From the IMG/VR virus record IMGVR_UViG_3300027770_000036: a DNA stretch of 64,000 bases, one strand, 5' to 3'. Positions 29,304 through 39,102 of this stretch are shown here, piece after piece (position 1 is the stretch's first letter; each line of letters starts with the position of its first letter). The DNA comes from an uncultured virus (IMG/VR IMGVR_UViG_3300027770_000036). Lineage: Duplodnaviria > Heunggongvirae > Uroviricota > Caudoviricetes. The notes below the pieces were generated by a model. The model saw nothing but the letters and a program-made list of their open reading frames with translations, did not search any database and was not told the origin of the DNA. The translations under genes and the position numbers were made by a program.

Positions 29304-30559
29304 AAATTTGGCTGTTCCGCCATCACTTGAAGCTTGTCACAAAGAGCTTGAAACTCGTAGTATGCGTGCCCTACTACAGCTCTTGTGCTTTCCATAGGAA
29401 GAAATGTTTCTAATACATGAGTTAAGAAAGGCACCAGCTTTGACTGAAGGTCCTTTCCGGTAAAGTCCTCTATCTGGGCGTCAGCCAGCATTGGCACGTC
29501 TATAGCTCCATAGGTCGTAGATTCGATGCTCTCAAGAGACATAGCCATTCTGTAGGCCTGAAGGTTTCTCCAGTAAAAGTCCGTGCCGCCTAATGCTCGG
29601 CCATTAAAGTCAGTTTGTCCGTCTATAACTATCTGCCTGAAGGCAAGGTCTGACTCCTTAGATGTCAGAGCCCTGAAGGTTACCTTCCACTGTCCGTTAA
29701 ACATGTCATAAGACTTCTTAAACCGTATGGACCCCAATATTGACTGCACGAAGTCGTACCTATCCTCCTCAGACGCCTCTGTCAGGTCTGACTTTTTAAG
29801 ATCCCACCCGCAGTGGGGACAGTTATCAATAAGGCTGAATGGTTGTGCGGGCTCCCTAGTAGGAGTAGGCGCAGGAACATCAAATTGTGGCTCAGGCTCT
29901 TTATACGGCTTAGATTTCATATAATCTAGTTTTGTAGATTGTATGTCGTTTATAAACTCCATACTATCTTTAGCCTTGCTAGGTGAAGAAGGAACAGCAT
30001 TATTAGGCACTTGGGGGTCTACGTAATACGGCTCACCAGGCTCGCCTTGAGCGCCTGTAGACCCTACCGAGCCGATCGGGCCCTCCTTAATAGTGGAGAC
30101 ATCTCCACTTTCTTTAATTGGTTCTTTCTTATTTGGCATAAGTTCTGGAGGCAATACAGGAGCCTTAAACGGGTTGACACTTTCGGTGACAGACTTGAAC
30201 GCGGAATCATGGGCAGCCTTCAAGACCTTAAGCCCTTCCTTATCTTCCACTAGGGCTCTAAGAGTAGCAATCCCTTCTTCTATCTGAGCTCTTTGCTTAG
30301 GCGGTACCTTGTCTAAGCTAATAGGATTGTTAACAGTAGCAAGGATATTGTTGTATAATCGCAGATCCTCACCAGTAGCCACCTCAGGCGGTGGCGGCTC
30401 TTCTGGCTGCTCTTTCTGAAGGCCCCTACTAGATATCTCTTCTTGAACTTCGCTATCCTTTCCTTCCTTCTGTAGCTTAAGGGCTCTTACTTCAAACTCT
30501 GTAAGAGATGATAGTTTTGGTTTATCTGCCAATGGTGGATCATTTTCACTAGTAGACAT
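29285..30559 (-). CDS. Tail assembly chaperone (gpG-like) with long disordered N-terminus and CxxC
   Basis: 424 aa; C-terminal FKKSYDMF..VTFRALTSKE chaperone-like region; CPHCG; position before the tape measure gene. Confidence 0.65.
   Translation of the reverse strand: MSTSENDPPLADKPKLSSLTEFEVRALKLQKEGKDSEVQEEISSRGLQKEQPEEPPPPEVATGEDLRLYNNILATVNNPISLDKVPPKQRAQIEEGIATLRALVEDKEGLKVLKAAHDSAFKSVTESVNPFKAPVLPPELMPNKKEPIKESGDVSTIKEGPIGSVGSTGAQGEPGEPYYVDPQVPNNAVPSSPSKAKDSMEFINDIQSTKLDYMKSKPYKEPEPQFDVPAPTPTREPAQPFSLIDNCPHCGWDLKKSDLTEASEEDRYDFVQSILGSIRFKKSYDMFNGQWKVTFRALTSKESDLAFRQIVIDGQTDFNGRALGGTDFYWRNLQAYRMAMSLESIESTTYGAIDVPMLADAQIEDFTGKDLQSKLVPFLTHVLETFLPMESTRAVVGHAYYEFQALCDKLQVMAEQPNFWKAIG
29303..29309 (-). 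other. Programmed -1 ribosomal frameshift site A_AAT_TTT
   Basis: Frame 0 reads CCA AAT TTT TGG; the -1 frame reads AAA TTT TTG GAA AGC (..LESDRVAS). Confidence 0.75.
30094..30107. repeat. Dispersed palindrome (1 mismatch)
   Basis: agTGGAGACATCTCCAct. Confidence 0.8.
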
Positions 30560-30577
30560 TAGTTCCTCAATTCTTTG

Positions 30578-33193
30578 TTATCCGATAATTCTGTAATTAC
30601 CGTCTGGCGTAGTGCCGTTTTCTTCACCTCTATTTACCTTATCTTCCATTCTCTCAGCGGGCTTTAGATCGTAGAACATTAAGTCTACCTCCTTTAAAGA
30701 GGACTCAACAGTCCACGCTTCTGCTCCAGGGTAAGGGTACGTTTGTTCTTCTAAATAAGCAACAGGTTTCTCGGACCACATTACACCTTCTCCACTAAAA
30801 AGTCTATCCCTCTGCTGCCATCGTGTTTCGTATATTGTAAATCCAGTGGCGTTGTACTCTTCTGTACTTTTAAATCTAAAAGCATTGCTTCCCCATCCGC
30901 CGGCTGGATCCTTGTCGCCTATGTTTCCGCTATCTGTAAATCTGTTACTTATAAATCCCTGTTGAAGAGAGGCCCCTAGCCCATCAATTTGTTTTATATA
31001 ATCTGATATCTTATTAAGCTCATCGTTAGACTTCTGGGCCGCAGTTGTACCATCCCCTATGTCCTTGCTTAAGTCTCCTACGAACCCACTAAAGTCTTTT
31101 GCCCTAGCCGTAGCTATATGCCCTTCAGTAGATATTAAATAATCTCTGCACACTAGGTATCCTAGCCCAGCTATAGTGCCGGTGGAGTACAGAGGAGCGC
31201 CTATAACAGCGGCAGCCGGAGTGAATGCATTAGACGGGTCATAGTTTCCTCCTCCACCAAAAAAGTCATATCTTCCTTCGGATACAAAGCAGCTAACTCT
31301 ATTACCAGACAGGCATACGTCACCGGACCCATCTGACCCGGCATCTACTATGACGTTGCGGGCAGACCCATCAGAGCCGGATCTTATGTACACGTCTCCT
31401 ACTGCTACTGAGTTTATTCCGCCAGCTGACCTTAGTACTATACCGGTTTCAGCTTTACTCTTACTCTCTAGTATAAATTCACCATCAGTAGAGTTACCAC
31501 CTAGAATCATTAGGTTCTTTTCTGCTTTAACCCTTACATCCGCATCTGTAGAGCTTATATCAATGTCTTCTTTAGACCTAATACATGTTGACCTACCGGC
31601 AAGGGATATAAGGTTTCTACCTGGACGGAGCTGAATATCGCCTGGGCAGCTTAGCTCTATAGATCCTCCAACCATTCTTATCTCTTCACCATTAGGGCCA
31701 GCTATAACTATAGTGCCGTCTGGAAGTATCTTAAAGTACGACATAAGCTTGTTGTAGCCGGCCGTATATCTATGGTCCACCTTCCTGGTTACAGACCCTG
31801 GTGGATCTATATACCATTGTCCGCTTAGCTGAGAGTATGTTGGCGTAGCTTCTTCGTCTGGGGCTTCAAAGGGCATGAAGTCTTTTTTATGATAAACAAA
31901 TGGGTGCTCATTCCTCCACGCAAAGGAGTATGCCACATCGTCATCTGCTGTTAGGGCTCTGCCCGCGAACTTATCCGACTGTATAGGAGTGTCTCTTATC
32001 TTATGATTTTCACCACCTCCTACGGCCCCAGCAAACTTATAGTTATCTTTAGTGTCTCCGTTCTGCTCATCTTCTATTCTCGCCATCCTTGCAGGAGATC
32101 TATACAGAGGTGAGTGCGCTATGGTTATACCTTGACCGGATCTTATATGGTAGTTTCCATCCAAGGCCAAGTGCTGCTCCCAAACTATATCTCCGCCCCT
32201 TTGACCTAGAGTGTGGATTCCATCAGACTCAGGCGGAAGTCTAAGTACTTGTCTTATACCCTGCCCTAGGTATCCTGTGTAAGTCTGTAGCCTATGATAA
32301 GGCATCTGATCTTCTAGTCCGACGGTACTAGCCACATCAGTAAACCCCGTATCAGATATTATCTGAGCCGTAGACGTACTAACAGTTAATGAGCCTAACC
32401 CTTCCCACGGATACGGAGTCATTCCTATATAGCCTGAAGACTCTGCTGCGTCAGTGAAATGCTCCTGCTCATAAGAACATGACCTTATCTGTATGTTATG
32501 TCCGTGCATTCTAGCGAGCTGATCCATATGGAACGCCCAGAAGCCACAATTCTCGTCTGCCTTTAAGAAGGCCATAAATGAATCTACGAACACGGAGGTT
32601 CCAGTCTCGCACACCCAACCCCTCTCTCCTGATAGAGTGGAGTCAATAGGCGAGCCTCTAGAGAAGTCACTAAAACATTTTTTATCGTAAGTATACAGAG
32701 CCTTATTAGTGTACTCATCCGTAGCTTTGAAATTTGATGCCATAGATATAATATCTGGTAGCACATCAGACGTATTAGGCATAGCTTCGGGCTCTATACC
32801 TATGATGGTGCCATAAGAGCTGTTATGCGCTCGTATGAAGTGCACTTTAGTATGAGGCTGCAGGTTACCTATCTTTCTAGCCCCCATAGGCGTCTGAGAC
32901 ACATCTGATAGGTAATTACAGGCTAGAGAGTAACCACCGTTATGAGATATGACCTTGTACCATCCCCAGAAAGGAAGGGCCTCGGCTATTACACCTATCT
33001 GAAGGCTGTTGGTCTTAGACAGGTCCTGCCTATTTCCGGCCATAGTTGAATATGGGTCCGAGTTAGACTTGGTGGGTCTTACAGGGTTATCCCTAGTTAT
33101 AATAGTAGCTGTGGTCTTTATAGCCTCCTGAGATCTAGTAAAGAAGTCACCTATTATTTTACTAAAGTCAGAGCTGCCTGGTGCGTTAGCCAT
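30578..33193 (-). CDS. Central spike/hub protein (gp5/VgrG-like, putative)
   Basis: ~871 aa; N-terminal OB-fold-like region and C-terminal beta-helix-like repeats (EIRMVGGSIELSCPGDIQLRPGRNL...). Start taken at MANAPG. Confidence 0.6.
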   Translation of the reverse strand: MANAPGSSDFSKIIGDFFTRSQEAIKTTATIITRDNPVRPTKSNSDPYSTMAGNRQDLSKTNSLQIGVIAEALPFWGWYKVISHNGGYSLACNYLSDVSQTPMGARKIGNLQPHTKVHFIRAHNSSYGTIIGIEPEAMPNTSDVLPDIISMASNFKATDEYTNKALYTYDKKCFSDFSRGSPIDSTLSGERGWVCETGTSVFVDSFMAFLKADENCGFWAFHMDQLARMHGHNIQIRSCSYEQEHFTDAAESSGYIGMTPYPWEGLGSLTVSTSTAQIISDTGFTDVASTVGLEDQMPYHRLQTYTGYLGQGIRQVLRLPPESDGIHTLGQRGGDIVWEQHLALDGNYHIRSGQGITIAHSPLYRSPARMARIEDEQNGDTKDNYKFAGAVGGGENHKIRDTPIQSDKFAGRALTADDDVAYSFAWRNEHPFVYHKKDFMPFEAPDEEATPTYSQLSGQWYIDPPGSVTRKVDHRYTAGYNKLMSYFKILPDGTIVIAGPNGEEIRMVGGSIELSCPGDIQLRPGRNLISLAGRSTCIRSKEDIDISSTDADVRVKAEKNLMILGGNSTDGEFILESKSKAETGIVLRSAGGINSVAVGDVYIRSGSDGSARNVIVDAGSDGSGDVCLSGNRVSCFVSEGRYDFFGGGGNYDPSNAFTPAAAVIGAPLYSTGTIAGLGYLVCRDYLISTEGHIATARAKDFSGFVGDLSKDIGDGTTAAQKSNDELNKISDYIKQIDGLGASLQQGFISNRFTDSGNIGDKDPAGGWGSNAFRFKSTEEYNATGFTIYETRWQQRDRLFSGEGVMWSEKPVAYLEEQTYPYPGAEAWTVESSLKEVDLMFYDLKPAERMEDKVNRGEENGTTPDGNYRIIG

Positions 33194-33208
33194 TTTGTGT
33201 CCAATCAT

Positions 33209-33252
33209 AAAAAAATCTGCTGTACAGCACAGAATAGGCCGTACAGCAGATT
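33209..33252 (-). terminator. Rho-independent terminator after the tail tube genes
   Basis: 12-bp stem AATCTGCTGTAC/GTACAGCAGATT ending in a T7 run on the minus strand. Confidence 0.75.
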
Positions 33253-33283
33253 AATTCAATATCAACTTTTATAGTAAACTAAA

Positions 33284-33790
33284 CTACTTTGGGACTGTTA
33301 TGTATTCCAGCTCTGTCATTACACCTTGAACCTGAGTTGATATAAGGTTGTCCTGGGCCTGGGTGCTAAAGCCCATGCTCTGCAGTAAGACCCCTTTCAA
33401 GGTAAGGGTAAGTGACCCGCCTTTAGCATTCGCTGCTTCTGCCCCGGTACAATAAGAGTTTGGAAACGAGATAGTCATAATTCTGCCGCCTGGAACCGAA
33501 CAAGGGTCAGCCAGCGCCGTAACACTACCCAAAACGGCTGGACCAAATCCCAGAATCTGGCTTATAGAGAAGGTACCACTGGACTTGCCTATAACGTAGT
33601 ATCGTTTATTAGACCCGACCTCAAATAGGTTTTGGACGGGCTGTTGGTGGGATACTTGCATGTTCTGTATAAGGCTGACACCGCCGGCGATTCCACCAAA
33701 GGTGACACCTGTTCCGCCTTGCGCCTTACCAACAGTACGAAAGGCGCCGCCGTACTCTGCCTCACTGTTCTTTCCGAATATAGATGGCAT
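33284..33790 (-). CDS. Tail tube protein 2
   Basis: 168 aa; clear paralogue of 33805..34299; follows the sheath. Confidence 0.75.
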   Translation of the reverse strand: MPSIFGKNSEAEYGGAFRTVGKAQGGTGVTFGGIAGGVSLIQNMQVSHQQPVQNLFEVGSNKRYYVIGKSSGTFSISQILGFGPAVLGSVTALADPCSVPGGRIMTISFPNSYCTGAEAANAKGGSLTLTLKGVLLQSMGFSTQAQDNLISTQVQGVMTELEYITVPK

Positions 33791-33804
33791 TTTTTCCCCT
33801 TTCT

Positions 33805-34299
33805 TTAGGAAATAGCTACGTTGGAATATTCCAAATCAACCATTACCCCAGAGAGGTTAGAGTTGATTAGGTTGTCCTGGGCAGCTACGCTAAATCCTAC
33901 TTGTTGTAAAAGTACGCCTTTAAGTGATAAGCTAAGAGTGCCGCCTTTATTGGTAGCCCCTGTCTTGTCACCGCCAAGCTTACAGAAAGAGTTAGGAATA
34001 ACCAGGTTAAGCTGTCTGTCACCTTGGCAGGGATTAGCAAGGTCAGTAACCCCAGAAAGGGTTTCATTTCCAAATCCAAGAATTTGACCAATAGTAAAGG
34101 TACCAGAGGCCTTTCCTACAACGTAGAATCTTTTTTGTGACCCTACTTCAAACAAAGGTTGAACAGGCTGAGCGTGAGTAACTTGTAAGTTCTGAACAAG
34201 TGTCACGTTCTTACCCGCAAATTTAAGGGCAGTGCCCGCTGTTGAGCGGAACGCGCCTTGATACTCACCCCTAGAAGCATCGCCAAAAATAGAAGCCAT
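33805..34299 (-). CDS. Tail tube protein 1
   Basis: 164 aa directly after the sheath; LVQNLQVTHAQPVQPLFEVGS motif. Confidence 0.78.
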   Translation of the reverse strand: MASIFGDASRGEYQGAFRSTAGTALKFAGKNVTLVQNLQVTHAQPVQPLFEVGSQKRFYVVGKASGTFTIGQILGFGNETLSGVTDLANPCQGDRQLNLVIPNSFCKLGGDKTGATNKGGTLSLSLKGVLLQQVGFSVAAQDNLINSNLSGVMVDLEYSNVAIS

Positions 34300-34353
34300 A
34301 GTTAGTTCTCCAGATTAGTTTAGCCAGCTGTTAAACAACCAACTTACAGAAAG

Positions 34354-37119
34354 TTATACAACCAACTGAAGGTCGATATTATTAAGGGGGTAAGGGACGG
34401 TTAAGTTAATAGTCGCAACGATATGATCCTTAAGGATCGCGTGCTGACGAAGCTCTACGATTTCGTAGTCGATGAGCTGCGCCCCAATGTTACCAGCACC
34501 TAAGTCCGTCTTAAACCCATCGCCTATTGACCTGAGCATAATTTCGATGGCGGTAAGGTTTCCTTCATTTACATTGGTCCTTCCGATAAAGGGAAGAAGA
34601 CCGTTGCGGAATGCGTAACTCATGTTATCTACATTGGTTCGAACTTGCTCTTCACGTCGGTTGAGGTCGTCGTTATCAGTGTTCACAGCGTGACGACTGA
34701 TAAAACTGCCGTCTTCCGCTTTGATGATTACCCAACCGCCGCTTCCTGCGATGGTATTAAGTTGAGCAACGTTAAAGCTTGTAATAGCACCTCCAACATA
34801 ATCAACCCCTGACAAGGATACACTTGTAAGACCTTGGTGAGGATTAACTCCTGATCGGAGGCCTGCAATCGCTGCTGCGAAAAAGTAGCCAGGTTGGTCA
34901 GAGTATCCGCTAAGAGTTACTTTGTCATTTGCGATAGCTACTACTCGGTTAGAGCTGTACTTACCGCACTTTTCTGCAATAACCTTAGAGTACTCAGTAT
35001 TGTTCTGGGTTCTCCAAATTTCTACTTTCTGGGCTACAGATACCGGAGCAGCGGGACCTGCTTTCAGTCTAATTGAGTTTTCAGAGATGACAAAATCAAC
35101 TATGTACTCAGTGTAGGATACACGGCTGAACCCATCAGTAGCGAAGAAGTATCTTACTTTATCCCCGGCGCGTACACCCTTAGTAACAAATCTTGCATTA
35201 TTTGCAGGAACGCTAAGTCGGGTATATTGAGTGCCTGAGGTCAAAGGATCATCAGCAATGATAGCTAAGGCTTCTCCCTTGTCTGTGGTAACTGCTGCGT
35301 TTACTACGGCTACTGTACGGTCGGCTGTAACGCCTACCATTGTAGCACGCCATCGGCCTACTTCTGCCCCTGACTGATCTTTAGCATGAGCATTGTATGC
35401 ATCAATAACCACTTGGTCAAAGGTAAGCGGTACAAGGTTATAAAGGTCGTCTCGTCCGGCTACTACATCAAGTGCAGTGAGCCAATTATCATCATCATAG
35501 GGGTCTGACACTGCAGTAAACCTTACGTCTTGTCCGTTTGAGTTTTGAAGCGCCATGAACACGCCCCAACACAAAGGATTATCTGGATGCAGGGTTCCCA
35601 ATGTTGCGGGCAGCGAGGCGACATCATTGATGCTGCCGTATTCGCCTACAAAGGTTGGCAACCATGCTCTGTACTGCAAGTACAAGGTAGCTGATTCAAT
35701 AGGAAGAGCAACCTTAACACCAAGGTCAGTCCACTCCGAGCTAAAGGCTGTGGCGTTCTCTTTGGTGATAAATTCAGTTGCACTGGCTACATAGTTAACA
35801 TTAGGTGCGCTTTCTTCTCGGAAAACTGGGACTTCTATGTTTCCTACGATGAAAAGCTTAAGGTCAAAGTCAGATGCGCTTTGGATTTCAGTAGGAAGGT
35901 CGTCCGCTAGCACCAGTGTGCGTAGGAAGCCTTCGGTCTCTGCGGTGGCTGTAATATAATACTTATCGCCTTTGCAAAGTTTAGTACCACTGAAGTTAAT
36001 AGTAACGCCTTCGTTGCCCACACTGAATGCAGTGCCGGAAGCGCTAACAACTAAAGGAGCAGCATAGTCAATTCCGTTAGTAGTGGATACCGAGATTTCA
36101 GGGGATGAAGCAAAAGCCCCGCCCTTAGAAACCGTTACAATGTAAGTCGTGTCTTTGACGCCGGTATACGTGCCGCCTTTGGTTCCTACGGGAGGAGTAA
36201 AGGCCTGAATTACATGTACTCTCCACTTCTGCCCTACTACTAAGTCATTAGGGCTAGCGTCATCTTGGGAGGCAGCCGATGAAGCTGAGGCGGTAGCGTG
36301 ACTATCAAACTCAATCTTAAGGCCCCTTGTACCGATATTTGTGAACCCGCCAACCGCCGAGGGCGTGACAGATGCGACATTATCAAGTCCTGAGCTAGTG
36401 GTAACTCTAAGCACACCTGTGGTTAAATCGCCCTCTCTTGAGCTCTGAGTAACTTCAACGGTGTAGTACTCGTCTACGACACCGTCTTCAGTGCCATCAT
36501 AGGCCGATGCGTCAACCGTAACTGTAATAGTGTTCTTAACGGAGCCGATGTCATCTACGCTAGTGGCTAGCGCGCTGGACTCTTTATTAGTGGTAGCTGG
36601 TACAGTAGTGTCTACGGACGAGGCTACTGTGTCACCAAGAAAACCAGTGATACTGGTGTTGAGCGAGTATGTGGTGCCAGAGTTTACTCCTCGCACGTAT
36701 ACTGCATCGCCTACTTTAGCTCCTCGATCCAAAAATGCTCCGGACTTAGGATAGCTGGAGCCATTGCTGGCGAAGGCTATGCCTACGGCCCTAATGCGAT
36801 TGGGGTGGCCCGATACGGGAGTAACCATTCCACCTACACCTGCATCATTTTCATAGTACCTTAACTTAACATCTTCAGCCATTAGCTTCACATAAGAGAG
36901 GTCTACTACAGCCCCTGCTTTAATAGAAGGCCAGCTGTAGGAAGTGTCTGAGGCTGAGTCGTAAGACCCAATGATGATGGCCTGTTTTTCAGTAGCATCG
37001 CTGTACCTGAAGAGGTCGGCGTGTCCGCCACTAATGTGAGCGTTTAAAACTCCAGCTGTTGCCACTGGGGCTAACCTGAATTCTTGGAAAACTTTTACTT
37101 GCGGAAGAACATATGCCAT
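34354..37119 (-). CDS. Contractile tail sheath protein
   Basis: 921 aa; N-terminal YVLPQVKVFQE and C-terminal FIGRTN...D.IVATINLTVPYPLNNIDLQL are typical of sheath proteins. Confidence 0.88.
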   Translation of the reverse strand: MAYVLPQVKVFQEFRLAPVATAGVLNAHISGGHADLFRYSDATEKQAIIIGSYDSASDTSYSWPSIKAGAVVDLSYVKLMAEDVKLRYYENDAGVGGMVTPVSGHPNRIRAVGIAFASNGSSYPKSGAFLDRGAKVGDAVYVRGVNSGTTYSLNTSITGFLGDTVASSVDTTVPATTNKESSALATSVDDIGSVKNTITVTVDASAYDGTEDGVVDEYYTVEVTQSSREGDLTTGVLRVTTSSGLDNVASVTPSAVGGFTNIGTRGLKIEFDSHATASASSAASQDDASPNDLVVGQKWRVHVIQAFTPPVGTKGGTYTGVKDTTYIVTVSKGGAFASSPEISVSTTNGIDYAAPLVVSASGTAFSVGNEGVTINFSGTKLCKGDKYYITATAETEGFLRTLVLADDLPTEIQSASDFDLKLFIVGNIEVPVFREESAPNVNYVASATEFITKENATAFSSEWTDLGVKVALPIESATLYLQYRAWLPTFVGEYGSINDVASLPATLGTLHPDNPLCWGVFMALQNSNGQDVRFTAVSDPYDDDNWLTALDVVAGRDDLYNLVPLTFDQVVIDAYNAHAKDQSGAEVGRWRATMVGVTADRTVAVVNAAVTTDKGEALAIIADDPLTSGTQYTRLSVPANNARFVTKGVRAGDKVRYFFATDGFSRVSYTEYIVDFVISENSIRLKAGPAAPVSVAQKVEIWRTQNNTEYSKVIAEKCGKYSSNRVVAIANDKVTLSGYSDQPGYFFAAAIAGLRSGVNPHQGLTSVSLSGVDYVGGAITSFNVAQLNTIAGSGGWVIIKAEDGSFISRHAVNTDNDDLNRREEQVRTNVDNMSYAFRNGLLPFIGRTNVNEGNLTAIEIMLRSIGDGFKTDLGAGNIGAQLIDYEIVELRQHAILKDHIVATINLTVPYPLNNIDLQLVV

Positions 37120-37155
37120 GATATTCGGCCTCCATGCCTTGTTGAGGGGTACCAG

Positions 37156-37779
37156 TTAAGGTAGGTAAGAAGACAAGTTAATCCTTTTAAGTATAGGGCC
37201 CTGTTGGGCCAGTGTCCAGACCTCTTGTCCAGTATACTGTACAACTATGGGGGCTGCATAGTTTTCTTTTCCTTCTTCAACCTGAAATATTTGCCCCAGC
37301 TCCACTGCTTCAAATTTAATCAAATTTAAAACATTTGCAATAACTAATCCGTAAATATTCAAATCTTTAAATACCTCTCCGGCTAGAACCTCTGCCTGAG
37401 CACCCGTATTAGCTATACAAAATAGAGTATGGGACCCTGTCATTAGTCTACCATAAGTGGTTGAACCTAGAAAGAAATTATCTGTTCCAGCCGAGTCATT
37501 TAGTACTAATCTGCTAGAAGTCCAGTTTCCTCTCTTAATAATAATGGCAGGTCTAGTCTCTGTAGTCTCTGGTTTCCACCTTGTAATTGACTCTATAAGA
37601 ATGTTTGTAGGCTGAGTAGCCCTCCACAGTAAGCCCCTGGACTTGTCATTGACTATGTTGTCCGGGTCAGAGAACCTGTTTGTGAGCCAGTCTCTAAGGA
37701 ACCCAGTCACTATGTGAGGAGTAATGCCGAGGGCTTTCAGGTTATTACCAGTGTCAAATGCTGGTTGAGGATCACTCAT
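37156..37779 (-). CDS. Tail completion/terminator protein (putative)
   Basis: 207 aa directly upstream of the sheath; RPAIIIKRG motif. Confidence 0.55.
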   Translation of the reverse strand: MSDPQPAFDTGNNLKALGITPHIVTGFLRDWLTNRFSDPDNIVNDKSRGLLWRATQPTNILIESITRWKPETTETRPAIIIKRGNWTSSRLVLNDSAGTDNFFLGSTTYGRLMTGSHTLFCIANTGAQAEVLAGEVFKDLNIYGLVIANVLNLIKFEAVELGQIFQVEEGKENYAAPIVVQYTGQEVWTLAQQGPILKRINLSSYLP

Positions 37780-37782
37780 TTA

Positions 37783-37998
37783 TTATTTTCCCTTTTCATT
37801 AGTTCCAAATGTGTGCATCTTGTATGGCTTAGGGGGCTCCATCTGTGGAAACTCTGATCCAGCTTCCTTTTTGTTTTTGGAGACGTCTCCACTATGTAAG
37901 TCTTTTACGTGATTAGCCATTTTATCAAATGTTGAAACATGGTCTTTAAGGGCCATCTTCTCTATGAATAATGGTGACGGTGCTCTCTTCTCCATCAT
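37783..37998 (-). CDS. Small K-x-A motif protein
   Basis: 71 aa with EKRA, EKMA and DKMA; contains a palindrome site. Confidence 0.55.
   Translation of the reverse strand: MMEKRAPSPLFIEKMALKDHVSTFDKMANHVKDLHSGDVSKNKKEAGSEFPQMEPPKPYKMHTFGTNEKGK
37878..37891. repeat. Dispersed palindrome (perfect)
   Basis: ttTGGAGACGTCTCCAct. Confidence 0.9.
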
Positions 37999-38801
37999 AT
38001 GCCTTCCTCCGGTATAGTGTAAATGACATCAGAATAAGGCGCTAGCCTTAGATTAACTGCCGAGATTATATTATAACCTCTAATAGTTACTACCTCAGTT
38101 GTTTCATGGACTACATACCTTCTGCCGCTTCCCTTGTCCCATATAACATCCTGACTTACAACTGGGCCTCCTATAACTCTACAGTTCTGAGTAGTGCCTT
38201 GACTAGTTGTTCCAGCGTACTCTAAGTTTATCTTTTCTATCTCGTTAGATACAGGAAACTCTATTAATATGGGCACAGCACTAAAGTAGCCTCCCGTCTT
38301 TCCAGTGCCTAGGCATATAGGGCACCTTCCATCTAGAGGCTCATCTGAAAGAAAGTCAGCGCACCTAGTGCATTTATAGCCATATCTTTTTCTCTTTAAT
38401 AAGTAGGTATCTGGCATACCCGCAAACTTCGAGAACCTTAAGGTTTCTTTTCTTAGAACCTCCCTTACTATTCTCCAAGTATGATAATCAATCGAGGTGT
38501 CTAAGGTTACTGATGGGGAGTAGTACGCCCTAAGTGCAGTTTGAAGCTTTACCCTATAGAACCAGTCCATCTCTTTTCCATACAGTCTTGTCTCATCATC
38601 GCTTAAAAAATACGTGTTAACGGCTGGTATGCCTATGTCTGAAAAGTCAGCGGTACCTACAGGGTGGTGAGACCCCTGAAGAGTAAAGTAGTAAGGACCA
38701 GGGTCAGTGAACAGCGGATTAAGGTCCCACTCCACCCTGCTATAGCCTTGAGGAGAGTAAGAAGCCTTAAGTCTTTCAAAAGGATCTATACCTTGTGGCA
38801 C
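37995..38801 (-). CDS. Neck/head-closure protein with zinc finger (putative)
   Basis: 268 aa; CTRC...CPICLGTG..GGY; position in the neck module. Confidence 0.6.
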   Translation of the reverse strand: MPQGIDPFERLKASYSPQGYSRVEWDLNPLFTDPGPYYFTLQGSHHPVGTADFSDIGIPAVNTYFLSDDETRLYGKEMDWFYRVKLQTALRAYYSPSVTLDTSIDYHTWRIVREVLRKETLRFSKFAGMPDTYLLKRKRYGYKCTRCADFLSDEPLDGRCPICLGTGKTGGYFSAVPILIEFPVSNEIEKINLEYAGTTSQGTTQNCRVIGGPVVSQDVIWDKGSGRRYVVHETTEVVTIRGYNIISAVNLRLAPYSDVIYTIPEEGI

Positions 38802-39097
38802 GGTCTGCTCCTTACCTTTTTAAGGTGATCTGCGCAGTCCTCTCTTACATTAACATTCCAAGACCTAAAAGAGTGCAGATGACCAAACACTAGATGACAG
38901 GTGCTGCAAAGAGTCATGCAGTTACTCTCTTCTAGTTCCTGAGATGCATCTACACTTACTGGTACTTCGTGATGTACTTGTAGATCCTTTTTAGAGCCAC
39001 AGGCGCAGCACGTAGGGTTGGCTCCTAGGAATACTTTTCTAAAAGTAGGCCACTTGCCTGACCTAGAGCTTATTATCCAAGCTAGTAATCTAAACAT
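38786..39097 (-). CDS. HNH endonuclease
   Basis: CCACG...LQVHH..P......N..TLC..CH motif. Confidence 0.9.
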   Translation of the reverse strand: MFRLLAWIISSRSGKWPTFRKVFLGANPTCCACGSKKDLQVHHEVPVSVDASQELEESNCMTLCSTCHLVFGHLHSFRSWNVNVREDCADHLKKVRSRPCHKV

Positions 39098-39102
39098 GGG
39101 TA

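Noticed and set aside
11210..37779. Tailocin or extracellular contractile injection system
   Set aside because: A protease-scaffold-capsid-neck module is contiguous with the tail genes, indicating a complete phage.
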